Shown here piece after piece: positions 36,737 through 47,190 of a DNA stretch of 64,000 bases; the first letter of the stretch is position 1, and every line of letters begins with the position of its first letter. Below the pieces are notes generated by a model that saw only the letters and a list, made by a program, of their open reading frames with translations, made no database searches and was not told the DNA's origin. The DNA comes from Dimorphilus gyrociliatus (lineage: Eukaryota > Animalia > Annelida). The stretch lies in contig CAJFCJ010000015.1 in assembly GCA_904063045.1 (NCBI GenBank), positions 995,923-1,059,922 of the forward strand, written 5' to 3'. The translations under genes were made by a program, and so were the position numbers.

Positions 36737-37534
36737 ATGAAAAGCTGGCTTAACTTGGAAATTGCTCAGACTCTTCAAGAAACACGAGAAGACATGTTAT
36801 CTTGTAAACCTAGAGGCCGAACTAAAGCGTCTTTAATAAAAAAAATTCTTATTGGCTCTTTTATATTTTTAGCTTTTATGCACATTTATGCATTTCCTAA
36901 ATTCACTCAATCTTACGGCGATCCTTGCTATCTAAATAAAGCCAAATTTAATGCCTTAACTCACATCCTTCACTCTACTGTAGCTGTTCTACAAAAACGA
37001 AATGAAACCTATTGGCTAGACTATGGAAGCTTAATGGGATTTTATAGAGCACGTGGTGTAATGCGTTATGACTCAGATATTGATATGGGTCGATTAATTC
37101 ACAGTGACCCAGAGAAAGAGAAACATTTTTATAAAGTATTTGTTGAAGATATGAAGAAGCATCATGTTGATGTAATAAAAAATGGAACAATGCTCCGTCG
37201 TCGAGCGGAAGATGGTGATTATGTATTTGGTGATCTCATGGTATGGAGAAGATCCACGATTACTCAAGATGATAAAAAAATTTCAGTTTTAACCAGAAGA
37301 GATCCTAAATGGAAAGAATCAATGATGTTAAAAGTTGCAAAGTCCATGGGGGCTGGAGATATACCTGAAAAATGGGTCCTTCCACCTAGGCCTCAGGTGT
37401 TATCCAGTGGTCAAATTGTGCACGTCCCTAGAAACTATGAAAGAGTTATTCGTTTTAGATATCCATTTTCGTGGAGAATACCCTTTCCATATAAATGGAA
37501 ATGTTGGCTTCCGTGGAATTATCCTGAATCTTAA
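36737..37534 (+). CDS. LicD-family phosphotransferase, type II membrane protein, copy 2 (tandem paralog)
   Basis: TM ILIGSFIFLAFMHIYAFP and YWLDYGSLMGFYR...YDSDIDMG; colinear with copy 1 and sharing an identical 16-aa C-terminal motif. The true start could be the second Met. Confidence 0.85.
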   Translation: MKSWLNLEIAQTLQETREDMLSCKPRGRTKASLIKKILIGSFIFLAFMHIYAFPKFTQSYGDPCYLNKAKFNALTHILHSTVAVLQKRNETYWLDYGSLMGFYRARGVMRYDSDIDMGRLIHSDPEKEKHFYKVFVEDMKKHHVDVIKNGTMLRRRAEDGDYVFGDLMVWRRSTITQDDKKISVLTRRDPKWKESMMLKVAKSMGAGDIPEKWVLPPRPQVLSSGQIVHVPRNYERVIRFRYPFSWRIPFPYKWKCWLPWNYPES

Positions 37535-37778
37535 AAAATGCTTCATTTATGGCTGTCATTGAATTTTTTTTTAATATAAATCTTCCTTTTTTTGCATAAT
37601 AAGAACAAGAAAAGTTTACAGTGCTGTAAAAAGTATCAAAATATGTTTCCTAATCAATTTCCAACAGTTACGAACTCAAGAAGATGATGCTTTATATTGA
37701 ATTTAACACTAAAAAACAGTTCTTGTTAGAGATATCATTTATATAAAGTCAAAACTATTGAACAAAAGAGTTAATTGA

Positions 37779-39014
37779 TTATTTATTGTTTTTAGATTTT
37801 AACTTCTTTTTCTCTACTTTAGCCTTAGTAACTTTACTAATTTCCTTTTTCTTCATATTTTTCTCTTTTGTTATCTTTTTGACATCTTTCATAGTCTTCT
37901 TTAAAGTTTTCTTCTTAACTTGATCATTTAACCCATTATTGGTTTTAACATTCTCAGCGTTACTCTTATCTAATTTCTTTTTTTTGGTTTTATTTACTCC
38001 TTTTTTAACATTCTTCTCTTTACCAGTTTCCTTATCTTTTTTCTCTAAAAGTGGCCTGTTTTTTTTATTGAGCCTCTTTAGACCTTTCTTCTTCATTAAG
38101 TTCTTTTTTAATTTCTTGGTTGTACTCAGAATCATACCGGTTTCCATATCATAAACGTCGATATCACCATAAGTTCCAACTTTAACTTTCTTATCAAGTT
38201 GGGTATCTATCTCCTCCAGATCTTCTTCAACTTTCTTTTCATTCGTAGTTTCACTCAAAATAACATCAGCTTTATTACCGTAATCCACGTGAAGAGGTAG
38301 GGATGGACAATTGCTAGATATCAAATTAACCATTCGAAAGTTATTAGATCCTCCCGGTGTCTCTTTGCTCATAACTTTCAATATAGCATTGATATTTTGA
38401 GCGACATGAATATTCTTCATTTCTGTGCTGCCGACTGGAATGGAGACATTCTGGCCTTTGCCATGTAGCTCGCAAAAAGTGAACGATAATGCTCTTTGCA
38501 ATTCTTTCTTTAAATTTTTCGCTTCCAAGTCGAAAGAGATCGGAAACTTATGGCGATCGTAGAAAGCCTTGCCCAATATGGCTGGCAATAGACGATACAC
38601 ACGAGAGTCTGCAAGAAATATATCATAGAGCGTTGATAAATGACGCTTTGCTTCGTACGTCTGATGTTCTAACTTAATTTGTTTCAATGGAACTATTGCC
38701 GAGATTTCCTCACTTATATTCTTTTCTTTTAACAGTTCTCTGAAGTTTTCCTCTGTATCTTCATATTCTCTGCTTGTCTTATCTAGATCTTTAGTAATCA
38801 AGCATACTTCAGCATTGTCCTCTATGAGTCTATGAGGCAGAGGAATCTTTATATGTCTATTTTCCTTAACGTTGGGGATCTTCTTAAAAACAATTTGAAC
38901 AAAAATTGATGAAGAATCCTTCAAAAGAGACTGCTTTTTATCTTCAGATTTATTATTTACTAAATCTTTAATAATTTCTACAGACTTTGCTAATTTACTT
39001 TCATTAAATTCCAT
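37779..39014 (-). CDS. RSL1D1: Ribosomal L1 domain-containing protein 1
   Basis: IFVQIVFKK, IPLPH, VCLITKD, FLADSRVYRLLPAILGKAFY match the L1p/L10e-like domain; long Lys-rich C-terminus; uninterrupted CDS with a probable 5' UTR intron (donor at 39260). Confidence 0.92.
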   Translation of the reverse strand: MEFNESKLAKSVEIIKDLVNNKSEDKKQSLLKDSSSIFVQIVFKKIPNVKENRHIKIPLPHRLIEDNAEVCLITKDLDKTSREYEDTEENFRELLKEKNISEEISAIVPLKQIKLEHQTYEAKRHLSTLYDIFLADSRVYRLLPAILGKAFYDRHKFPISFDLEAKNLKKELQRALSFTFCELHGKGQNVSIPVGSTEMKNIHVAQNINAILKVMSKETPGGSNNFRMVNLISSNCPSLPLHVDYGNKADVILSETTNEKKVEEDLEEIDTQLDKKVKVGTYGDIDVYDMETGMILSTTKKLKKNLMKKKGLKRLNKKNRPLLEKKDKETGKEKNVKKGVNKTKKKKLDKSNAENVKTNNGLNDQVKKKTLKKTMKDVKKITKEKNMKKKEISKVTKAKVEKKKLKSKNNK

Positions 39015-39096
39015 TTTGCCTGAAATTAAAATTAGTTAACTCTCCAAAACACGTGCTTTCGCAGTGGACTGCCTAAGTAGTAGTATGTCGCGATTA

Positions 39097-39107
39097 AAAA
39101 TGGCGGC
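39097..39107 (+). promoter_or_regulatory. YY1-like motif in the RSL1D1/PARG divergent region
   Basis: aaaatggcggc matches AANATGGCGGC; an E-box CACGTG lies at 39050-39055. Confidence 0.45.
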
Positions 39108-39523
39108 ACATTGAGAAATCTACTTTTCACTTAAAAAAGTTTTTTTCAAATATTCGTAAAAATATCATTCATGGATTATAAATAATATAACTTTAAATAT
39201 ATGATTAATAGTCAATGATGAAAAAATTTGAAGCGATAATTTTTAAGATAGTTTACTTACCTTTAATAGAATAAATTTATGAAAAAGCTTAATTTATCGA
39301 TAACGTTTTTATCCCGTAAAAGATTTTTATTTATCTCAAATTCATTTAGCTCTTCTCTTTTATATTAATAATCTAATATGTAGTAGCGTCCAATATTCTT
39401 AGAAAGTAGCTAGACCAGCTGGCCTATTTCCTTTTCCGGTATTTGGTTTTTCCACAGAAACCAAAGGTAAACTATTTTATTAGATTCGATTTGATTAGCA
39501 TCTTTGTCTGATGACGATATGAT

Positions 39524-41158
39524 ATGAGTAAGAGAAAGATATTCAAACAAACTTCGATTAAAGATCACGTAAATAAACGCCCCAGAATTTTACCATCGGA
39601 AGAAACGAAAATACAAATAAGATCCGGTGAAGACAATCAAATTACAATGGCAACTTCTTCATATCTAACAAGAGAGGATCATGGTATAAGCGATTCTGAT
39701 GAAGAAACCCAGCCAATCGATAGTCATGATGACACGGATGAAGATGATAGTAGTAGCGATGAATACGATAATAACGAGCAGAGTTTAAGGAAATTAGGAG
39801 AGGAAGGAATTCCTATTCAATTTGGTTGTGAAAATGAAATTTTATGTATGCCAGGAGCCGATAAAAATTATAGGCATGATGATTATGTAAAAATGCCCAC
39901 TGAGTCACGAAGGTGGACCGAGATTACAAATCAATTAAAAAATGTTAATGATTTTTGTAGTTTTAAGAAGGCCGTGAAAAAGTATTTTAACGACATTAAC
40001 GGTACAAGTTTGAATTTTGAAGCTTTAAAAGAGTTTTTGAAGCAATATTCAAAAAGGAGGGAAACCCTTGGTAAAATTGTTCGGTTGGCTCTGGAGCTGA
40101 GAAACTATAAAATTCCCTATCTTAAGAGTGGAACAAAAAAATGCATTACGCTTGGCCAATACAGCATCGCATGCTTGTTAGCTAATGCTTTCTGTTGTAC
40201 TTTTGAGCAGTCAAAACAGGATAACTGTCCAAATATTAATTTCTCTCATCTTTTCTTTTGTGATGATCAAGGACCAGACATGCAAAGAAAATTGGAAAAA
40301 TTGAGGTGTATTTTCAATTATTTTGATCGAATTATTGATAGGAAGGACGAAGGTGGCATGGAAACTTACATAACATTTGACAGACGCCATGTTACGAGTG
40401 ATATGATTCCTAATTGGGAAACAAGTTCTGCTAAAATTGGTTCAGAAAAATTTTTTGTTACACACAAAGAAATTCATCAATCAGATTATGCTGTAGTTGA
40501 TTTTGCGAATAAATATATAGGAGGAGGTGTTCTTGGCAGAGGACTCGTTCAAGAAGAGATAATGTTTTTACAGAATCCTGAATTGATTGTTTCAAGACTA
40601 TTTACCCAAAGATTAGAAAGTACAGATTGCTTAGTTATTACCGGATTTGAAAATTTCAATAAAACTACAGGATACGCGTCAACTTTCAAATTTGATGAAA
40701 AATCGGACGATAAAACACATACATATCAACTATGCAAAGATATGAAACAACGTTTTTCTCAAACAATCGCCATTGATGCTCTACCCTTTAGAGACCCTAG
40801 TGACCAATATAAACATGCAAACCTAAAACGGGAATTGAATAAAGCTTTTGTTGGTTTTCATGAACCACATGAAAAAAGCGTTGCTTTAGCCACCGGAAAT
40901 TGGGGCTGTGGAGCTTTTAAAGGAGATAGGGAATTAAAATTTTTAATACAATTAATGGTAGCCACCGAAACTAAAAGAGAGATTTACTATTCAACTTTTA
41001 ACGATAAAAGATTCGAAAAGAAACTAAGAAGTATATACAATAAATTGAAGAGCAATCGCAAAGAAGTGAAAGATATTTATAAATACATTATAGACTTTGG
41101 ACCTGAAGTGTTCAGGAATGAAGCACATATCTTTCGATTTATTGAAGAAAACCTTTGA
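39524..41158 (+). CDS. PARG: Poly(ADP-ribose) glycohydrolase, single exon
   Basis: DFANKYIGGGVLGRGLVQEEIMF carries the GGG-x6-8-QEE catalytic loop; ATGNWGCGAFKGD, KFLIQLM and SIACLLANAFCCTF are also PARG signatures. Confidence 0.95.
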   Translation: MSKRKIFKQTSIKDHVNKRPRILPSEETKIQIRSGEDNQITMATSSYLTREDHGISDSDEETQPIDSHDDTDEDDSSSDEYDNNEQSLRKLGEEGIPIQFGCENEILCMPGADKNYRHDDYVKMPTESRRWTEITNQLKNVNDFCSFKKAVKKYFNDINGTSLNFEALKEFLKQYSKRRETLGKIVRLALELRNYKIPYLKSGTKKCITLGQYSIACLLANAFCCTFEQSKQDNCPNINFSHLFFCDDQGPDMQRKLEKLRCIFNYFDRIIDRKDEGGMETYITFDRRHVTSDMIPNWETSSAKIGSEKFFVTHKEIHQSDYAVVDFANKYIGGGVLGRGLVQEEIMFLQNPELIVSRLFTQRLESTDCLVITGFENFNKTTGYASTFKFDEKSDDKTHTYQLCKDMKQRFSQTIAIDALPFRDPSDQYKHANLKRELNKAFVGFHEPHEKSVALATGNWGCGAFKGDRELKFLIQLMVATETKREIYYSTFNDKRFEKKLRSIYNKLKSNRKEVKDIYKYIIDFGPEVFRNEAHIFRFIEENL

Positions 41159-41587
41159 TTAAAAAGCAGAAACTCTGTAAAACAGTCTTTTCTATCATTA
41201 GTTAATGTTTCAATTATTGCACATTTCTTATAAATTTTAGTTTCTGTTATTATGGAGAAATTAGATATTTCTTAATTGTTCTCTCTCAGTTTCCACCTCT
41301 CTTTCTTCTTCTCGTTTCCTTTATAATAAAACTTCAGGGAGGGAAAGAGAGAGACAGAGAGCGATTTCTGTAAAAGAATTATTATTTTAAGTATAAATAT
41401 AAATTGATTTTGCGAATGTTTTTTGTATTCCTTGTCTACTTTCTCTTATCATAGAGTTGATAAGTAATACATAATGAGCATAAATTGCACTATTAACTAC
41501 TAAAAATGATTTAAGCTTCTATTCTTCAAAGATGCAAATATTACAAAAAACTTGAAATTAACTTTTCATGATATTTTATCTCTTCGA

Positions 41588-41601
41588 CACTAGATGGCGT
41601 T
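41588..41601 (+). promoter_or_regulatory. CTCF-like motif between the convergent PARG and COG3 3' ends
   Basis: cactagatggcgtt; motif match only. Confidence 0.45.
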
Positions 41602-42604
41602 TTCTCCAAACTAGTCGACGTTGAGAAGTATCATTAAAAGTTACAAGTATGATGATAGAGTTAATAGATAGCATATATTTTAAATGGACATATAAAGAAC
41701 AAAAATATATACATCAAAAGCTTTTTAAAGGTTTTTTTACACTGTTTTTGACAAAAGGTTTCGTATTGGAAATGTGATTTAAATTTTAGTTCTTAAGGTA
41801 ATTAAAGCCAGTTTACTTCCGGTTCAAAGGCTTACAATAAAAGAAGATGAGAAAGCTCTATACTATAATAACAAATAAAATGCTTTCCTTTTTTCCTTCA
41901 TCTTTTTTTATTATCCTATTCGATAATTTATAGTTTGTCAGATTATTGTAAAAATCAATCATCCTTTTGGTCTCTTTCTTCCTTATTTAACGGAAATAGT
42001 TTAAAGAAAAATTTCAAGGTTGTTAACTCTTTGGTTACTTCTTTCAATGTAGGTATTATCCTTTATAATCTATTCTAAAAGAAAAACCTTGTGGAATAGA
42101 ATGTGGGCAATCTTACCTGGCTTACAGCTGATTCGATTAAACTCCCCCACCGCCTTCTACTTTTCTTTCATCTTTTCATATAATTTGTTAGTCCCAAAGT
42201 CACGTTCTCTACTCAATTTATCCTCTAACACTACTATCATTTACTTCTCAATCATCCTCTTTTTGACCTTCATAAACATGTTTCATTAGACTTCAACTAC
42301 TATGAGAAATTTACAAGAAACCGTAGTACAACTAACTAGATTTTCATAAAAGGGTTTTACATTTATTATAAGGCCGCTTTTTCTCCAGATTAGTTTCATG
42401 TATACGATTTAAACATTTGTGTAAAGGTATAGTTTCGTTTTACAATATAACCTTGATTTATAAACAGTTCATAAATATGCATATTTTATTTTTTAAGTGA
42501 GCGAAAGAAAGAGTTTGATAGCACATCAAATATCGACATCTTTTCATTCTAACTTGTCTTTTATCACAATAAACAAGCACTGATCCTCTCATTGCATAAT
42601 CTTA

Positions 42605-45600
42605 TCAAGTATTAGAATTCAAAACAGGGAGCGTTGTTGACATAACCAAATTAACTTGCTCTAAAGAGGGCGCGGCAATTATTTGTTTATCTTCTTCGTT
42701 ATAATGATCTTGTAGTAGCGAGTGAAGAGTTTGAAATTTTGCATAGACCCCCGTCTTTACTGGTCTAATTAGAATAATTTCTGTATCCCGATTTGCTAGG
42801 TAAAGAGTCATCGATTTCTATATGAAAACAATAAACTTGTCAATGACTATTTAGTATAAAAGAAAAGAAGATGGCAAAGACTAGTACTTGTAATTGCTGC
42901 TTGTCGACTTTAAGCTTTTTGTAAGTCTCAGCAACGACATCATTCAACACCTGAGGTGTTGCAAAAGGTTGATTACGCAACTTGACATCTGGACCTCCAT
43001 CTTTACTCATATTAAGACATCGATCAGCCTATAAGATTTATATACTCAATTATGTTGAAAACAAGAACAAGTGATTTAATAAGAAATAATTAAATATAGT
43101 AAAATATACCTTATCAAGAAATGCCATTAGCGGCGCTACTAAATATTGAGTAGCATGATTTATAAAATTTTCGCATGACTTTTTCAATTGAGTATCAACC
43201 TCTTTCTTCGAGTCTATAAACGTCTCAGTAACTTGTGGCGTTCCCTATAATTTATAAAAAAAAGTAAAGTACAGTTAAAGTGCAAAAAACATGTAGAATG
43301 AAACTAATTATTGTCGTCAATCATAATCTTACATCGAAAATAAATTTCAGGAGAGCATTATTGCTATTAAGTGCAAATAACTTTGATCGAGCCGATAATA
43401 AACCTGCCGCAGCATCTAAAATAACAATGATAAAAGTTTAATATACTGAATATAGGTAAAAGAAAAAAGTAGCTTCCAACCTTTTATCTTACTAAAGTCA
43501 AGAGCCGTTTCCTTTACTGAAAAATCAACATGAAAAGGTACAATTTGTTCTCTCAAAATCAGCAGGTGCTTAATAAGGAATAATAAACCGTCTAATTTTG
43601 TCTAAAAAAAAGTACAGATATATTGAAACTTTTTGAAAAATACATCTGACAGGAATATTGATTAAATTTTACCTTTTTATTACTAATTATAGTCGATGCT
43701 CCCACTAGAGATTCAATGCACATATTTAAAGCTTCTTGCGATAAACCTTGAAATGTCGATTTCTGAAAGAAACCATAAAAACAATGTAATCATTGAAATT
43801 CTAGGTTTGTAGTCAAACAACAAATTGTTGCAATTCGGAATATTATTTCATACGTACATCAACGCAACGGTATAATTTTGATAAACAAACTAGAGTTCTC
43901 CTAACAGTTGGATACCACATACCATGTAGATCTGCAGGACTTATTGGCATATTCGGATGAGCAACTACTCTTCCATTTACCTCTGAATACGTATCTGTAA
44001 TTTTCATAAATACATAAATAAATAAATATTGATTAATATTCAAAAGTTTAAGTAAAACCAACCTTCCAAGGATATTGCAGAAAAACCAACGGGTGATGAA
44101 TTGTTTGACTCAGTCTCTTCTCTAGTAGTATTGTTACTCGTACCCGTATTTATTCTAGCAACCTCAGCTGATGTTGACGATGCAGTTGAAGTTATTGAAG
44201 ATGTTCGTTCGTGTCCTTTTAATTTTTTTCTGTGACTATGAGCTATATTTTGCATCATTTCTAGTTTATCAGGATAGGCTAAATCACCGGGAGCTGGTTT
44301 GTAACCTAAAATTTCACTACGAACATAACTCTGAGCCCTATAGACGAGTCTCTCTAACACATCTTGTAGCATTTGATTACAAACGTTCTCAAAAGCCAAT
44401 AAGCAATCCCCAGTGCTGATAGTGTGTTCTTCTAGCATTTCAACTTTTAATATACTACAGAGTTCGGCTAATGTTTCAAGGTGATTGATGTGTATGATAA
44501 ATGGTCGCAGAACGTCATACAAAAGGGTGCACAATGCTTCCAGCGATTCATGCAATATAGGTGCTTGTTTGGAAAAGAAGTGAAAAAACAATTGATACTC
44601 GTCTTCACATAAACGTATCATAAAGGCACAGCCACTTCTCATCAAAGCACATTGATCTCTTGCGTGTTTCTTTGCTAAATCAGTGACCGCAGCAGTTACA
44701 CTAGGTTGTAAAAGCTGGTTTCTTTGTTGAAGATAAAAGCTCCGACAATCGTATAAGAAATTTTCATATTCTTCAGATATATTTACTCGTTGTTCTATTT
44801 GTTCCATAAATGACTTGATACGAGGAGCGTTTGTTCTAAATTTACCATAGAACAAAGTGAACGCGTCATCAGTTGGATTAGGAACAGTCTACAACAAATA
44901 AAGAATAAGAAACAATATAGAAATAAACGGGATGTAATAAAAAAATATACCTTATGTATATCAGGCATAACTTTTTGAGTTGCTTCAGTTAAAACTTGAA
45001 TAACATAAGTCTTTATTCTTAATAAAGCCTTAGATAACAGATTAGTATACTTTAATAAGTAATTTTGAGATTCTTTAAAGTTAGGCTATCAAATAAAAAA
45101 AAATATAAAGGAAATAATGAATGAAAAAAGTGAAGAAAAGTCACTCAATATACTCTTTTATACATACATTTTTTTTCATAAAATCAATGCAGTCGTCTAT
45201 TTTGTTTAATAATGGAATTAAATTTTCTGTTGTTGCAGCCACATAGGGTAACGATAGTTTCTGTTTAATTTAAATATTAATTGTAATAATAACTTTCATA
45301 AAATTATTGAAGAAGCTTACTTTGGAAATTTTATCATATTCGTTAAAGTAACCTAATACGTTGGCAATTTCATCAGCATTTCTAGATAAACGCTGTTGTT
45401 CTGCTAACCAATGTTCACAAGCGGAATGTAAAGCCGATGTTGATGTTGATACTCTTACATATTTTTCTTTCAAATCTTCAGCACATTCTAATGTATGAGA
45501 AACTTGTAATAAGGTTTCGGTACATTTTTCCTTTTGCTTTAGAAGTGCTTTGAGATATGCTGAACTTTTTCTACTATTTTCATCCTCTATACCTTTACTG

Positions 45601-46000
45601 ATAGCTAACATCCATGAAAAATACTAATAGATAAAAAGAAAACATAGATTCTTATTGCAGTTTGAACGTAAATGAAAACCTCTTGGAAATTTTTTACTGG
45701 AAAATGCTTTTCTCCCATAAGATTTTCCATTGGTGTTTCTGTTGAATTAGAATTGGGTACGGAGATAATTCTTGGGAAATCATCTACTGGCAGCTGAAAA
45801 AAATTCCATTGGGCGGTGAATTTCGACAATAGAGATATGAATGTAATACAAACTTCAGTTGGTAACGCACGATGATTAGCCAATGTTGATAAGTCCATAA
45901 TGGAATCCTTTTGTTCATCGCTCAATGGCGCTGTGGGATCGGTTTTAGCATCCCATTTGGCAAGTTTTTCCCGAAGACACCGCGGATCTAAATCTGCCAT
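42605..46000 (-). CDS. COG3: Conserved oligomeric Golgi complex subunit 3, multi-exon
   Basis: N-terminal [14 protein letters not shown]; [32 protein letters not shown]; [23 protein letters not shown]; C-terminal [17 protein letters not shown]. Confidence 0.95.
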
Positions 46001-46239
46001 GTTGGCTATAGAGCTAGCAAAACATTCTAAATTATATACCAGTTTTGTGCAAAGTATAGATTGGCGCCTCCAATAGAAATGATAAACGAACAGTTCGCTT
46101 TGTTATATAGGCATTATACAGAATTATAATCCCTCAGTTACGCCGTTTTGTTTGTGATTTTCGATCTTAAAGATTTACTAAGCTTAGTCCTTAAAAGTCC
46201 ATACTCTATTTTTCTTACTCTTGACTCCTGGAATAAAAA

Positions 46240-46858
46240 ATGCAAGACGGAAATAAAGTGAACAAAAAGGTAATTAGATAATGGTTTATTAACTTAATGA
46301 TTTTCTAAGATAAAAACTACGCAAGCAAAAAACTACTATACGCAGGTTTCACTGAGCGTTAATGAAGACGATGAAAGACGACTACGAAAAATATCTCTAT
46401 CTTCTTTGGAGAAGCGTCGGATGACACGAAGAATGTCAAGAACAACATTTCTTTCAACAGGAGGGAGTACAATTGTAGAGAGTTTACCGAAAAAACCATT
46501 AAAGTTAGAGAACACTTATAGAATGGCGCCGAAAATGGAAGAGAAATTTAGTACAGCTAAAGCAAAGAAGGCACTTCGAGATGTCATGCAAAGTTTCCTA
46601 GAAGATAAAACGTACGGAAGAGATAACGCGAATATTGTCAAACAGCTATCCGATATTATAAAAAACGAGATGAAAGAAGTAATTAGTGACAGGCATAAAA
46701 TAGTTTGCTGGTTAGTTTTAGGTGAAAAATTCTGTCAAAGTTTACAAGGAGGTTCCAAATGTTTATGGGATTCCAAAACTGACAACTACGTAAGCGAAAC
46801 ATATTCGAATAATAGTTTATTTGTAAATGCAACTGTTTACGCTTTATATTGTGAATAA
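46240..46858 (+). CDS. Tctex1-domain dynein light chain (TCTEX1D1/DYNLT5-like), 2 exons (46240-46269, 46346-46858)
   Basis: LENTYRMAP, RHKIVCWLVLGE, CLWDSKTDNYVSETYSNNSLFVNATVYALYCE. Exon 1 MQDGNKVNKK joins in phase 0 via gtaatt...cgcag. Confidence 0.88.
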
Positions 46859-47190
46859 ATGAAGCAAACAAAATAAGTATTATAAAAAAAAATGTATACG
46901 CATGGCAATAGTTATGTTTCTTACAAAACGAAATAAGTAATTAGTATATGAAAAAGAAACAAAGAAAGTAAGAGCCGGATCTATAGTACTTACACTTTTA
47001 AGTTATAAATTATTAGTACTGCATTAGATAAAATATCCTTATTTTTAATACTTCAAGTTACTATGGGAACACCTCAAAAAAAAAAATTATTCAAAAGTTT
47101 TAATATTGTCTTAGGGCTGTGTTCACATTATTTAAACACGTGAAAACGCTTCAGAGCATTTGCTTATAAGGCTAAAAAAAGAAAAGCTTA

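Noticed and set aside
35622-37534. Recent horizontal transfer of the LicD genes from bacteria
   Set aside because: They have eukaryote-style type II anchors and host-like AT-rich composition, and other intronless genes sit next to them; a phylogeny would be needed.
37939-38677. Plus-strand ORFs rich in Phe/Leu
   Set aside because: Antisense shadows of the Lys-rich RSL1D1 CDS.
39014-39030. Trans-splice acceptor directly before the RSL1D1 ATG
   Set aside because: A perfect cis donor (AAG/gtaagt) exists at 39260, so an ordinary 5' UTR intron explains it.
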